Assembly (NCBI GenBank): GCA_035500055.1
Contig: DATJXO010000051.1
Span: 1-62,138 of the forward strand
DNA: 62,138 nt
Direction of reading: 5' to 3'
From: Burkholderiales bacterium
GTDB lineage: Bacteria; Pseudomonadota; Gammaproteobacteria; Burkholderiales; SG8-39
A model generated the notes under the pieces. The model made no database searches. It saw only the letters and a program-made list of their open reading frames with translations, and was not told where the DNA came from. Shown here piece after piece: positions 35,933 to 46,404 of the stretch. Numbering within the stretch: position 1 is the first letter of the stretch; the number at the start of each line of letters is the position of its first letter. A program made the translations under genes and the position numbers.

Positions 35933-38551
35933 ATGCAGGAACGCTACGAGCCCCGCAGCGTCGAGCGCGAAGCCCAGGAGTTCTGGGCGGCGCGGCGCTC
36001 GTTCCGGGTCACCGAAGATGCGGGGCGCAGCAAATTCTACTGCCTCTCGATGTTCCCCTATCCGTCGGGGAAGCTGCACATGGGGCATGTGCGCAACTAC
36101 ACCATCGGCGACGTGCTGACCCGCTACTACCGCATGCGCGGCAGGAACGTGCTGCAGCCGATGGGCTGGGACGCGTTCGGCCTGCCGGCGGAGAACGCGG
36201 CGATGGCGAACCGGGTGCCGCCGGCGAAGTGGACGCGCGACAACATCGCGTACATGAAGCGGCAGCTGCAGAGCCTCGGCTTCGCGCTGGACTGGGAGCG
36301 CGAGCTGGCGACCTGCGATCCGTCGTACTACCGGTGGAACCAGTGGCTGTTCACGCGCCTGTTCAGGAAGGGCGTCGCCTACAAGAAGACGGGCGTGGTG
36401 AACTGGGACCCGGTCGACCAGACCGTGCTCGCCAACGAGCAGGTGATCGACGGCCGCGGCTGGCGCACCGGCGCGCCGGTGGAGAAGCGCGAGATCCCGA
36501 TGTACTTCCTGCGCATCACGCAGTACGCCGAGGAGCTGCTCGCGGCGCTCGACGAGCTGCCGGGGTGGCCCGAGCAGGTGAAGCTGATGCAGAAGAACTG
36601 GATCGGGAGGTCGGAGGGCGTCCGGATCGGCTTCGAGTACGCGCTGGAGAACGAGAAGCGGGTCCTGTGGGTCTTCACCACCCGGGCCGACACGCTGATG
36701 GGCGCGACCTTCATGGCGGTGGCGCCCGAGCACCCGATCGCCGAGTTCGCCGCGCGCAGGGACGCGAAGGCGCGCGCGTTCGTCGAGGAATGCCGCAGGA
36801 CCACGGTGATGGAGGCCGACCTGGCGCAGATCGAGAAGCAGGGCGTGCCGGCCGGCATCGAGGTCGAGCACCCGCTCACCGGCGCCAAGATCCCGGTGTG
36901 GATCGGCAACTACGTCCTGATGGGCTACGGCGAAGGCGCGGTCATGGGCGTGCCGGCCCACGACGAGCGCGACTTCGCCTTCGCTTTGAAGTACGGGCTG
37001 GAAGTGAAGCAAGTAATTCAAGTCCCCGTGCCCTCGGAGAGAGAAGAGGATTTGGAGTACCGCAGATTCAGCAATACGCAGTGGAAACCCTGGTATGAAG
37101 AAAAGGAAAAAGGAATCTGCGTCAATTCCGGCAAATATGACGGCCTGACGTATCGCGCGGCGGTCGACGCGATCGCCGCCGACCTGGGCGCGAAGGGCCT
37201 GGGCGAAAAGCAGGTGCAGTGGCGGCTGCGCGACTGGGGCATCTCGCGCCAGCGCTACTGGGGCTGCCCGATCCCGATCGTGCATTGCCCCGCCTGCGGC
37301 GACGTGCCGGTGCCCGACGCGCAGCTCCCGGTGGTGCTGCCGGAGCACCTGGTGCCCGACGGCACCGGCAACCCGCTCAACAAGCTGCCGGAGTTCGTCG
37401 ACACTGCCTGCCCGTCGTGCGGCAAGCCCGCCAAGCGCGAGACCGACACCATGGACACCTTCGTCGACTCGTCCTGGTACTTCGCGCGCTACGCCTGCCC
37501 GGACCAGGGCGGCGCGATGATCGACGAGCGCGCGCGCTACTGGATGCCGGTCGACCAGTACATCGGCGGCATCGAGCACGCGATCCTGCACCTGCTGTAC
37601 TCGCGGTTCTTCCAGCGCGCCATGATCGACGAGGGCCTGTACGGCGAGGTCCCGGCGGCGCGCCGGCGGACGCTCTCGGAGCCGTTCGCCGACCTGCTCA
37701 CCCAGGGCATGGTGCTCGCCGAGTCGTACTACACCGACGCCGGCGGCCGCCGCGAGTGGGTCAACCCGGCGGAAGTCTCGGTGGAACGGGACGCGAAGGG
37801 CAAGATTGTCGCTGCGAAGCGGGTCTCGGACGGCGCGGCCGTGGTCTACGACGGCCTGGGCACGATGTCGAAATCGAAGAACAACGGCGTCGATCCCCAG
37901 GCGCTGATCGAGAAGTACGGCGCCGACACCGCGCGCTTCTACACCATGTTCGCCTCGCCCCCGACCAACACGCTGGAATGGAGCGACGAGAGCGTGGAAG
38001 GCTCGTTCCGGTTCCTGAAGCGCGTATGGGCGTATTGCCTGAAATGCCGCGGCGCGAGCGGCTCGTCGGCCGACGAGGCGGCGCGCAAGGCGGCGCGCTT
38101 CGAGATCCACTCGGTCCTGAAGCAGGTCAACTACGACATCGAGAAGCGCCAGCTGAACACCGTCGCCTCGGGCGCGATGAAGATCCTGAACGCGCTCGAG
38201 CGGCTCGACGGCTTCCCCGCCGAGGCCGGCGAGGGCCTGCGGATCCTGCTGCGGGTGCTCTCGCCGATCACGCCGCACCTCGCGCACCACCTCTGGCGCG
38301 AGCTCGGCTTCGGCGAGGACGTGATGCAGGCAGCCTGGCCCGACCCGGACCCGGCCGCGCTGGCGCAGGACGAGATCAAGTACGTCGTGCAGGTCAACGG
38401 CAAGACGCGCGGCACGGTGTCCGTGCCCGCAGGGCTGAGCGACGAGCAGACCGCGAAGCTCGCAATTTCGGCGGTGGACAAATATATTGGCGGCAAGGAA
38501 GTCCGCAGGAAGATCGTGGTCCCCGGAAAGCTGGTTAACATCGTGCTATGA
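35933..38551 (+). CDS. leuS: leucine--tRNA ligase
   Basis: 872 aa from ATG 35933 with the HIGH-type motif [11 protein letters not shown], the KMSKS motif [10 protein letters not shown] and the CP1 editing domain. Confidence 0.95.
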   Translation: MQERYEPRSVEREAQEFWAARRSFRVTEDAGRSKFYCLSMFPYPSGKLHMGHVRNYTIGDVLTRYYRMRGRNVLQPMGWDAFGLPAENAAMANRVPPAKWTRDNIAYMKRQLQSLGFALDWERELATCDPSYYRWNQWLFTRLFRKGVAYKKTGVVNWDPVDQTVLANEQVIDGRGWRTGAPVEKREIPMYFLRITQYAEELLAALDELPGWPEQVKLMQKNWIGRSEGVRIGFEYALENEKRVLWVFTTRADTLMGATFMAVAPEHPIAEFAARRDAKARAFVEECRRTTVMEADLAQIEKQGVPAGIEVEHPLTGAKIPVWIGNYVLMGYGEGAVMGVPAHDERDFAFALKYGLEVKQVIQVPVPSEREEDLEYRRFSNTQWKPWYEEKEKGICVNSGKYDGLTYRAAVDAIAADLGAKGLGEKQVQWRLRDWGISRQRYWGCPIPIVHCPACGDVPVPDAQLPVVLPEHLVPDGTGNPLNKLPEFVDTACPSCGKPAKRETDTMDTFVDSSWYFARYACPDQGGAMIDERARYWMPVDQYIGGIEHAILHLLYSRFFQRAMIDEGLYGEVPAARRRTLSEPFADLLTQGMVLAESYYTDAGGRREWVNPAEVSVERDAKGKIVAAKRVSDGAAVVYDGLGTMSKSKNNGVDPQALIEKYGADTARFYTMFASPPTNTLEWSDESVEGSFRFLKRVWAYCLKCRGASGSSADEAARKAARFEIHSVLKQVNYDIEKRQLNTVASGAMKILNALERLDGFPAEAGEGLRILLRVLSPITPHLAHHLWRELGFGEDVMQAAWPDPDPAALAQDEIKYVVQVNGKTRGTVSVPAGLSDEQTAKLAISAVDKYIGGKEVRRKIVVPGKLVNIVL

Positions 38552-39039
38552 CTCGCGCCCTCCTCGCTCTCTCGGCGGCACTGCTCGCCGGCTGCGGCTT
38601 CCACCTGCGCGGCACCGCGGTGCTGCCCTTCGACACCATCTACCTGCCGGCGACCACGGCGCCGGGCATCGTGCTCGACCTGCGCCGCAACATCCTGGCG
38701 GGCACCAAGACCAGGGTGGTCGACGACCCCAAGAAGGCCGAGGCGGTGATGGAGTTCACCCAGGAGGCGCGCGACAAGGTGATCCTGTCGCTCGGCGCCG
38801 ACGGCCGCGTGCGCGAGTACGAGCTGCGCTACCGTGTGGGCTTCCGTGTGCGCGACCCCAAGGGGGGCGAGTTCGTCCCGACCAGCACCGTGCAGCTGCA
38901 GCGCGACGTTACCTTCAACGACTCGGCGGTGCTGTCCAAGGAAATCGAGGACCAGCAGCTCTACCGCGACATGCAGTCCGACATGGTGCGCCAGATCATG
39001 GCGCGCCTCGCCGCCGCGGAGCGGCCGAAGACCCAGTAG
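38548..39039 (+). CDS. lptE: LPS-assembly lipoprotein LptE
   Basis: 163 aa with lipobox LLAGC followed by GFHLRG, typical of LptE/RlpB. ATGA overlap with leuS in the conserved leuS-lptE-holA order. Confidence 0.85.
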   Translation: MTRALLALSAALLAGCGFHLRGTAVLPFDTIYLPATTAPGIVLDLRRNILAGTKTRVVDDPKKAEAVMEFTQEARDKVILSLGADGRVREYELRYRVGFRVRDPKGGEFVPTSTVQLQRDVTFNDSAVLSKEIEDQQLYRDMQSDMVRQIMARLAAAERPKTQ

Positions 39040-39041
39040 CC

Positions 39042-40088
39042 GTGCGGCTGCGCGCGGCGCAGGTTCCCGAGCAGCTCGAGGCGCGGGGCGGCGGCGGCCT
39101 CGCCCCGGTGTGGCTGATCCATGGCGACGAGCCGTTGCTGGTGCTCGAGGCGGCGGACGCGGTACGCGCCGCGGCGCGGCGCGCGGGCTACACCGAGCGC
39201 GAGGTGCTGTTCGTCGAGCGCGGCTTCGACTGGAGCCGGTTCGCCGGCGCCGCCGCCAGCCAGTCGCTGTTCGGAGAGAAGAAGATCGTCGAGCTGCGCC
39301 TGGCGAGCGGGCGGCCGCCGGCCGCCGCGGCGCAGGCGCTCGAGCGCTACTGCGCGCGCCCGAGCCCCGAGGTGCTGCTGCTCGTGATGATGCCGCGGCC
39401 CGAGGGCGCCGGCTGGTGGAAGGCGGGCTGGTTCGCCGCGCTGGAGCGCGCCGGCGTCGTCGCCGAGGCGCTGCCGGTGGCGCGCAGCGAGCTGCCGCGC
39501 TGGATCTCGCAGCGCCTCGCGCGCCAGCGCCAGCGCGCCTCGGCCGAGACGCTCGAGCTGATGGCCGACCGGGTCGAGGGCAACCTGCTCGCCGCGCACC
39601 AGGAGATCGCCAAGCTCGCGCTGCTGGCGCCCGAGGGCGAGCTCGCGCCCGAGGCGGTCGAGCGCGCGGTGGCGAGCGTCGCTCGCTTCGATTTCGAGAC
39701 GCTGGCGGCGTCGCTCTACGCCGGCGACGCCGCGCGCTACGCACGCGCCCTCGCCGGCCTGCGCGGCGAGGGCGAGAGCGCGGCCGGGCTGGCGTGGCGG
39801 CTCGGCGACGAGCTCGCGGCGCTCGCGCGCATCAAGCGCCGGCACGCGCGCGGCGCCTCGCTGGAGAAGCTGTTCGCCGAGAACCGCATCTGGCGCGGCG
39901 CGCAGGCCCGCTGCGAGGCCGCGCTCGCCCGCCTCGACGCCGAGCGGCTCGACGCCGCGGTGCTCGCGGTGGCGCGCGCCGAGCGCGCGGCGAAGGGCGT
40001 CGGCAGGGGCGAAGCGTGGGATGCGCTGCTCGCGCTGGGGTTAGAATTGCGCGATGGGAATCATGCCGCAGGCGCAGCTGCGCGCTGA
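39042..40088 (+). CDS. holA: DNA polymerase III subunit delta
   Basis: 348 aa from GTG 39042 with ...[20 protein letters not shown]...[13 protein letters not shown]...[15 protein letters not shown], plus synteny. Confidence 0.8.
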   Translation: MRLRAAQVPEQLEARGGGGLAPVWLIHGDEPLLVLEAADAVRAAARRAGYTEREVLFVERGFDWSRFAGAAASQSLFGEKKIVELRLASGRPPAAAAQALERYCARPSPEVLLLVMMPRPEGAGWWKAGWFAALERAGVVAEALPVARSELPRWISQRLARQRQRASAETLELMADRVEGNLLAAHQEIAKLALLAPEGELAPEAVERAVASVARFDFETLAASLYAGDAARYARALAGLRGEGESAAGLAWRLGDELAALARIKRRHARGASLEKLFAENRIWRGAQARCEAALARLDAERLDAAVLAVARAERAAKGVGRGEAWDALLALGLELRDGNHAAGAAAR

Positions 40089-41349
40089 GGCCGCCGATGC
40101 CGCGGCGGCGATGCGGGCGCTCGGCCGCGCGGCGCGCGAGGCCGCGAAGTCGCTCGCCCGCGCCTCGAGCGCGGCGAAGGACGGCGCGCTGCGCGCGACC
40201 GCGGCCGAGATCCGCGCGCGGGCCGCGGAGCTGCTCGCCGCCAACCGCACCGACGTCGAGGAAGCGAAGCGCGCCGCGAGCGACGGCGCCTTCGTCGACC
40301 GGCTGACGCTGACGCCGGCGCGCATCGAGCAGATGGCGGCGGGCGTGGAGGCGGTCGCGGCGCTGCCCGACCCGGTCGGGCGCGTTTCCGAGCGCCGGCG
40401 CCAGCCCTCCGGCATCGAAGTGGCGAAGATGCGCGTGCCGCTCGGCGTGGTCGGAATCATCTACGAGTCGCGCCCCAACGTGACGGCCGACGCCGCGGCG
40501 CTGTGCCTGAAGGCGGGCAATGCCTGCATCCTGCGCGGCGGCTCGGAAGCGCTGCGCTCGAACCTCGCCATCGCGGCCTGCGTGCGCGCGGGCCTCGCCG
40601 CCGCCGGGCTGCCGGAAGCGGCGGTGCAGGTGGTGCCGACGGCCGACCGCGCCGCGGTCGGCGAGATGATCCGCATGAACGAGTACATCGACATCCTCGT
40701 GCCGCGCGGCGGCAAGGGGCTGATCGAGCGCCTGGCGAGGGAGTCGCGCATCCCGATGATCAAGCACCTCGACGGCGTATGCCACCTGTACGTCGACGAC
40801 CGCGCCGACCCGGAGATGGCGGTGCGCATCGCCGACAACGCGAAGACGCAGCGCTACGGCACCTGCAACACGATGGAGACGCTGCTGGTCGCAGAGGGAA
40901 TCGCCGAGAGAGTCCTGCCCGCGATCGTCTCGATCTTCGAGCGCAAGGGTGTCGAGATTCGCGGCGACGAAAGGACCCGGACTTTCGCGCCGAGGGCGAA
41001 GGCGGCGGGCGAACCGGATTTCTACACCGAGTGGCTCGCGCCGGTGGTGTCGATCCGCGTGGTGAAGGACCTCGACGAGGCGATGGCGCACATCGCCAAG
41101 TACGGCTCGCAGCACACCGACGCGATCGTCACCGCGGACCCGGCGCGCGCCGAGCGCTTCCTGCGCGAGGTCGACTCCAGCTCGGTGCTGGTGAACGCCT
41201 CGACGCGCTTCGCCGACGGCTTCGAGTACGGCCTCGGCGCCGAGATCGGCATCTCGACCGACAAGCTGCACGCGCGCGGCCCGGTCGGCCTCGAGGGCCT
41301 CACCACGGAGAAGTACGTGGTCTACGGCCACGGAGAAGTCCGCGCCTAG
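40054..41349 (+). CDS. proA: glutamate-5-semialdehyde dehydrogenase
   Basis: 431 aa with [39 protein letters not shown] and CNTMETLLV motifs. Confidence 0.95.
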   Translation: MGIMPQAQLRAEAADAAAAMRALGRAAREAAKSLARASSAAKDGALRATAAEIRARAAELLAANRTDVEEAKRAASDGAFVDRLTLTPARIEQMAAGVEAVAALPDPVGRVSERRRQPSGIEVAKMRVPLGVVGIIYESRPNVTADAAALCLKAGNACILRGGSEALRSNLAIAACVRAGLAAAGLPEAAVQVVPTADRAAVGEMIRMNEYIDILVPRGGKGLIERLARESRIPMIKHLDGVCHLYVDDRADPEMAVRIADNAKTQRYGTCNTMETLLVAEGIAERVLPAIVSIFERKGVEIRGDERTRTFAPRAKAAGEPDFYTEWLAPVVSIRVVKDLDEAMAHIAKYGSQHTDAIVTADPARAERFLREVDSSSVLVNASTRFADGFEYGLGAEIGISTDKLHARGPVGLEGLTTEKYVVYGHGEVRA

Positions 41350-41912
41350 TGGCGCAGCCGATCCTCCTGTTCGGCGGCACCTTCGATCCGGTCCACAACG
41401 CCCATCTGGCGGTGGCGCGCCGCGCGCTCGAGGCGCTCGGCGCCGCGCGCCTGCTGTGGATCCCGACGGGCGCCCCGCCCTACCGCGAGCGCCCGGTCGC
41501 CGCGGCCGCCGACCGGCTGGCGATGCTGCGGCTCGCGCTCGCCGGCGAGCCGCGCCACGCGATCGACGAGCGCGAGCTCGCCCCGGGCGCGAGCGGCTAC
41601 ACCCTCGACACCGTCGCCTCCCTGCAAGAGGAGCTCCCCGGGCACGAGCTCGTCCTGCTGATGGGCGCCGACCAGTACGCGAAGCGCGGGTCCTGGCATC
41701 GCTGGGCCGACCTGGAGAAGCTCGTTCGCGTCGCGGTGGTGGCGCGTCCCGGCTGGACTGCGGCGGGCGGCAGCGCGACCGTGGTGCCGATGCCGCCGAT
41801 GGAGGTGTCGGCGAGCGACATCCGGGCGCGCCTGGCGCGCGGCGCCGAGGTCGCGGCGCTGCTGCCCGCCCCGGTGCTCGCCTATGTGCGCGAGCGCGGG
41901 CTGTACCGCTGA
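41349..41912 (+). CDS. nadD: nicotinate-nucleotide adenylyltransferase
   Basis: 187 aa from a GTG that overlaps the proA TAG by 1 nt. FGGTFDPVHNAH motif and SASDIR near the C-terminus. Confidence 0.9.
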   Translation: MAQPILLFGGTFDPVHNAHLAVARRALEALGAARLLWIPTGAPPYRERPVAAAADRLAMLRLALAGEPRHAIDERELAPGASGYTLDTVASLQEELPGHELVLLMGADQYAKRGSWHRWADLEKLVRVAVVARPGWTAAGGSATVVPMPPMEVSASDIRARLARGAEVAALLPAPVLAYVRERGLYR

Positions 41913-42286
41913 TGGACCTGCGCCGGAAGCAGCGCGCCGTGGTCGAGGCGCTGGAGGACGTCAAGGGGCGCGACATCGTGCTCTACAACGTGGCGCGGCA
42001 GTCGGCGCTCTTCGAGCGCGTCGTGATCGCGAGCGGTGACTCCAGCCGCCAGGTCAACGCGCTCGCCGCAAGCGTGCAGGAAAAGCTGCAAGCGCTCGGC
42101 GCCCGGGTGTTCGGCGTCGAAGGGCGGCGCAACGGCGAGTGGGTGCTGGTCGACCTCGGCGACATCGTGGTGCACGTGATGCATCCCGCGGTGCGCAGCT
42201 ACTACAACCTGGAAGAGCTCTGGGGCGGCAAGGAAGTCAAACTGAAGCGCCATGGCGCGGCTGCTCGTCCTCGCCGTAGCAAGTAG
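41912..42286 (+). CDS. rsfS: ribosome silencing factor
   Basis: 124 aa with ...LEDVKGRDIVLYNV...FERVVIASGDSSRQVNALA...WVLVDLGDIVVHVM...YYNLEELW. The ATG overlaps the nadD TGA by 1 nt. Confidence 0.9.
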   Translation: MDLRRKQRAVVEALEDVKGRDIVLYNVARQSALFERVVIASGDSSRQVNALAASVQEKLQALGARVFGVEGRRNGEWVLVDLGDIVVHVMHPAVRSYYNLEELWGGKEVKLKRHGAAARPRRSK

Positions 42287-42650
42287 CCTGCCGCCGTGGG
42301 CAAGGAGCGCCCGCGACACGTATCTTCGACGCATGCCGCGGGGCTACGAGGTGGAGCTTCGGGAAGTGAAGGCGGCGAGAATGAAGATACCCGAGAGGAC
42401 GCGCCTGGTGGCGCTCGACGAGCACGGCGAGGACCTGACGACCCGGCGGTTCGCCGCGCTCCTGGACCGGCCCACGACTTTCGCCATCGGCGGCGCCGAC
42501 GGGCTGGATGCCGCCCTGAAGCAGCGCGCGGCGCTGCTGCTGCGCCTCTCGTCGCTGACGCTGCCGCACGCGCTGGCGCAGGTGGTGCTGTGCGAGCAGC
42601 TGTATCGCGCCGCAACACTGCGCCTCGGCCATCCGTACCACCGGGAATAG
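42252..42650 (+). CDS. rlmH: 23S rRNA (pseudouridine1915-N3)-methyltransferase, unusually short (132 aa)
   Basis: N-terminus LVLAVASSLPPWARSARDTYLRRMP and C-terminus IGGADGL...LSSLTLPHALAQVVLCEQLYRAATLRLGHPYHRE match RlmH. Two internal segments present in the 155-aa E. coli protein are absent. Confidence 0.8.
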   Translation: MARLLVLAVASSLPPWARSARDTYLRRMPRGYEVELREVKAARMKIPERTRLVALDEHGEDLTTRRFAALLDRPTTFAIGGADGLDAALKQRAALLLRLSSLTLPHALAQVVLCEQLYRAATLRLGHPYHRE

Positions 42651-42669
42651 CCTTAAACTTCGCGCCTCC

Positions 42670-43308
42670 GTGATCACCCAGCTCGACCGCAGCATCTACC
42701 TCGCGTCGCGCAGCCCGCGACGCCGCGAGCTGCTGGCGCAGATCGGCGTGCGCTTCCACCTGCTGCTGTTCCGCAACGAGCCCGAGGGCGACCCCGACCT
42801 CGACGAGACGGTGCTGACCGGCGAGTCGCCCGCCGCCTACGTCGAGCGCGTGGCGCGCGCCAAGGCGCAGGCCGGCTGGAAGCGCCTCGAGCTGCGCAAC
42901 CTGCCGCGTGCCGCGGTGCTCGCCGCCGACACCACGGTCGCGCTCGAGGGCCGCATCCTCGGCAAGCCGGCCGATCGGCGCGAGGCGGCCGACATGCTCG
43001 CGGCGCTTTCCGGGCGCGGCCACGAGGTGCTGACCGCGGTCGCGCTCAAGCTCGACGAGCGCCTCGAGACCGCGCGGTCGGTCTCGCGCGTCAGCTTCCG
43101 CGTCGTGACGCCGGAGGAGATCGGCCAGTACGTCGCCACAGGCGAAGCCGACGACAAGGCGGGCGCCTACGGCATCCAGGGGCGCGCCGCCCAGTTCGTC
43201 TCGGAGCTGCGCGGCAGCCATTCCGGCGTCGCCGGGCTGCCGCTCTACGAGACCGCGCAGCTGCTGGAGAAGATGGGAGCGGGCAAGGAGCGCAGAAGTC
43301 CCCGCTGA
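42670..43308 (+). CDS. maf: Maf-like nucleoside triphosphate pyrophosphatase
   Basis: 212 aa with a GTG start. LASRSPRRRELL, AADTTV, GKP and DKAGAYGIQG motifs. Confidence 0.9.
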   Translation: MITQLDRSIYLASRSPRRRELLAQIGVRFHLLLFRNEPEGDPDLDETVLTGESPAAYVERVARAKAQAGWKRLELRNLPRAAVLAADTTVALEGRILGKPADRREAADMLAALSGRGHEVLTAVALKLDERLETARSVSRVSFRVVTPEEIGQYVATGEADDKAGAYGIQGRAAQFVSELRGSHSGVAGLPLYETAQLLEKMGAGKERRSPR

Positions 43309-43316
43309 AGAACGGC

Positions 43317-44789
43317 GTGAACGAAGAAATCCTCGTCAACGTCACGCCCCAGGAAACGCGCGTCGCGGTGCTCGCCTCGGGGCAGGTGCAGGAGCTGCTG
43401 GTCGAGCGCGCCGCGAGCCGGGGACTGGTGGGCAACATCTACGTGGGACGCGTGGCGCGCGTGCTGCCGGGGATGCAGTCGGCCTTCGTCGACGTGGGCC
43501 TGGAGCGGGCCGCCTTCCTGCACGTCGCCGACATCTGGGAGCATCGCCGCAACGGCGACGGGCCCGCGGTGCCGATCGAGCGGATCCTCGCCGAGGGGCA
43601 GCCGCTGCTGGTGCAGGTGGTGAAGGACCCGATCAGCGGCAAGGGCGCGCGGCTCTCGACGCAGGTCTCGGTCGCGGGGCGGCTGCTGGTATACCTCCCG
43701 GCCGCTTCCCCCGAGGGCTGCCCGCACATCGGCATTTCGCAGCGGATCGAGGACGAGGCCGGACGCGCGCAGCTGCGAGAGCGGGTGAAGGAGTTGCTCC
43801 CGGCAGAGGAGCCGGGCGGCTTCATCGTGCGCACGCTCGCCGAAGGCGCGAGCGACGACGAGCTGCGCGCCGACGTCGGCTACCTGAAGAACCTCTGGCG
43901 CGACGTGCACGAGCGCTCGCTCGGCGCGCGGCCGCCGCGGCTCGTCTACCAGGACCTGTCGCTCGCACAGCGCGTGCTGCGCGACATGGTCACGCCCGAT
44001 ACCGCGGCGGTGCGCGTCGACTCGCGCGAGAACTTCGCCGCGCTCGCCGCGTTCGCCGAGGCCTACATGCCGCAGCTGCGCCCGCGCCTGGAGCACTACG
44101 CCGGCGAGCGGCCGCTGTTCGAGCTGCACGGCGTCGAGGCCGAGATCGAGAAAGCTCTCGCACGCCGGGTGGAGCTCAAGTCCGGCGGCTTCCTGGTGTT
44201 CGACCAGACCGAGGCGATGACCACCATCGACGTCAACACCGGGGGCTTCGTCGGCAGCCGCAACTTCGACGACACCGTATTCAAGACCAACCTGGAGGCG
44301 GCGCAGGCGATCGCGCGCCAGCTGCGGCTGCGCAACCTCGGCGGCATCATCGTCGCGGACTTCATCGACATGGATACTGAGGAGCGCCGCGCCGCGGTGC
44401 TGGCGGAGCTGAGGCGCGCGCTGGCGCGCGACCGCGCGCGCATGAGCGTCAGCGGGTTTACGGCGCTCGGGCTGGTCGAGATGACGCGCAAGCGCACCCG
44501 CGAGTCGCTCGCGCGCGTGTTGTGCGAGCCCTGCCCGACCTGCGACGGCCGCGGCTCGATCAAGACCGCGCGCACGGTGTGCTACGAGGTGCTGCGCGAG
44601 ATCCTGCGCGAGGCACGCGCCTTCAGCGCGCGCGAGTTCAGGGTGCTCGCCTCGCAGCCGGTGTGCGACCTGTTCCTCGAGGAGGAGTCGGGCGCGCTCG
44701 CCATGCTGTCGGACTTCATCGGCAAGCCGGTCTCGCTGCAGGTCGAGAGCGGCTACACCCAGGAGCAATACGACATCGTCCTACTGTGA
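43317..44789 (+). CDS. rng: ribonuclease G
   Basis: 490 aa with the S1 domain GNIYVGRVARVLPGMQSAFVDVG and the RNase E/G catalytic core IDVNTG... Confidence 0.9.
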   Translation: MNEEILVNVTPQETRVAVLASGQVQELLVERAASRGLVGNIYVGRVARVLPGMQSAFVDVGLERAAFLHVADIWEHRRNGDGPAVPIERILAEGQPLLVQVVKDPISGKGARLSTQVSVAGRLLVYLPAASPEGCPHIGISQRIEDEAGRAQLRERVKELLPAEEPGGFIVRTLAEGASDDELRADVGYLKNLWRDVHERSLGARPPRLVYQDLSLAQRVLRDMVTPDTAAVRVDSRENFAALAAFAEAYMPQLRPRLEHYAGERPLFELHGVEAEIEKALARRVELKSGGFLVFDQTEAMTTIDVNTGGFVGSRNFDDTVFKTNLEAAQAIARQLRLRNLGGIIVADFIDMDTEERRAAVLAELRRALARDRARMSVSGFTALGLVEMTRKRTRESLARVLCEPCPTCDGRGSIKTARTVCYEVLREILREARAFSAREFRVLASQPVCDLFLEEESGALAMLSDFIGKPVSLQVESGYTQEQYDIVLL

Positions 44790-44796
44790 GGTTGCC

Positions 44797-46206
44797 TTGA
44801 GCGACATCGAGCTCTGCTACACGCCCGCGCGAGCGCTCGCGCGCATGATCCACGCCCGCAAGATCTCCGCGGCCGAGGCGATGCGCGCCTTCATCGCGCA
44901 GGTCGAGCGCGCCAACCCGAAGGTAAACGCCGTCGTCACCTTCCTGCCCGAGCAGGCGCTGGCGGCGGCGAAGAAATTCGACCGCGTGAAGGACAAGAGG
45001 GCGTACCCGCTGGCGGGCCTGCCGATCGCCTACAAGGACCTGGTCGCCACCAAGGGCGTGCGCACGACGCTGGGCTCGCTCGTCTACCGGGACCACGTGC
45101 CGGGGGAGGACGCGCTCCTGGTCGAGCGGCTGAAGGCGGCCGGCGCCATCACGCTGGGCAAGACCAACACGCCGGAGTTCGGCGCCGGCAGCAATACCTT
45201 CAACCGGGTGTTCGGCGCGACGCGCAATCCGTACGACCTCTCGAAGACGGCCGGCGGCTCGTCGGGCGGCGCGGCGGCAGCGGTGGCGTGCGGCATGCTC
45301 CCCTTCGCCGACGGCTCGGACCTCGCGGCGAGCCTGCGCAACCCGGGCAACTATTGCAACGTCGTCGGCTTCCGCCCGACCCCGGGCCGCGTGCCGTCGT
45401 ATCCGGCGCACGACGCCTGGGACACGCAGCCGGTGCTCGGTCCCATCGCGCGCACCGTCGCGGACGCCGCGTTCCTGCTCTCGGCGATGGCGGGCCCGGA
45501 CCGGCGCGCCCCGGTATCGATCGGCGAGCCGGGCTCGGTCTTCGCCAGGCCGCTCGGGCGCTCGTTCAGGAAGGTGCGCGTCGCGTGGACGAGGGACTTC
45601 GGCGGCCTGCCCGTCGAGCCCGCCGTCACCGCGGTGCTGGAAGCGCAGCGGCAGGTGTTCGGCAAACTGGGCTGCGTGGTCGAGGAAGCCTGCCCGGATT
45701 TCACCGGGGCGACGGAGGCCTTCGAGACGCTGCGTGCCGTCTCCTTCGCCGGGCGCTTTGCGCCGTTGCTGAAGACGCACCGGTCCGAGCTGAAGGACAC
45801 CGTGATCTGGAACATCGAGCGGGGCCTCGCGCTCGACGGCGCAAAAGTCGCGCGCGCGCAGGCGCTGCGCACTGAGCTCTACCAGCGCATGCGGGCGTTC
45901 CTGGAGAACTACGAGTTTCTGCTCGCGCCGGTGAACCAGCTTCCGCCCTTCCCCGTAGAGACCGAGTACCCCACCGAGATCGCGAGCGTGAAGCTGGGCA
46001 ACTACCTCGACTGGATGAAGAGCTGCTATTACGTGACGATCACCAGCCACCCCGCGATCTCGGTGCCGGCGGGCTTCACGCCCGGCGGCCTGCCGGTGGG
46101 CCTGCAGATCGTGGGCCGCTACCGCGACGACTTCGGCGTGCTGCAGCTCGCGCACGCCTTCGAGCAGGCAACGCAGGTGTGGCGCCGGCGTCCGTCGCCG
46201 CTCTAG
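44797..46206 (+). CDS. amidase (amidase-signature family)
   Basis: 469 aa with a TTG start. GLPIAYKDL, GKTNTPEFG and GGSSGGAAAAVA are AS-family signatures. Confidence 0.9.
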   Translation: MSDIELCYTPARALARMIHARKISAAEAMRAFIAQVERANPKVNAVVTFLPEQALAAAKKFDRVKDKRAYPLAGLPIAYKDLVATKGVRTTLGSLVYRDHVPGEDALLVERLKAAGAITLGKTNTPEFGAGSNTFNRVFGATRNPYDLSKTAGGSSGGAAAAVACGMLPFADGSDLAASLRNPGNYCNVVGFRPTPGRVPSYPAHDAWDTQPVLGPIARTVADAAFLLSAMAGPDRRAPVSIGEPGSVFARPLGRSFRKVRVAWTRDFGGLPVEPAVTAVLEAQRQVFGKLGCVVEEACPDFTGATEAFETLRAVSFAGRFAPLLKTHRSELKDTVIWNIERGLALDGAKVARAQALRTELYQRMRAFLENYEFLLAPVNQLPPFPVETEYPTEIASVKLGNYLDWMKSCYYVTITSHPAISVPAGFTPGGLPVGLQIVGRYRDDFGVLQLAHAFEQATQVWRRRPSPL

Positions 46207-46266
46207 CGGCGGCCGCCCTATTTCGGTGCCATCCGCGAAAGTTGCTGCGGCGCGGCAGATACGCGG

Positions 46267-46284
46267 AAGCTGAAGCTTCAGCTT
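46267..46284. promoter_or_regulatory. 18-bp perfect palindrome AAGCTGAAGCTTCAGCTT (candidate operator)
   Basis: Self-complementary over all 18 positions. It lies 121 nt upstream of the ABC-transporter binding-protein gene in a 198-nt intergenic region. Confidence 0.35.
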
Positions 46285-46404
46285 TCCTTAAGCCGCCCCC
46301 ACTAGTAGGATGCATTTCCGCCGGCTAGTCAGCCGGCAAGCTCCGCCGCGCAGGGAGGCGTGCGCGGAAGTCTCGTCGATCGCACATTGGAGGAGGGTTA
46401 GACC

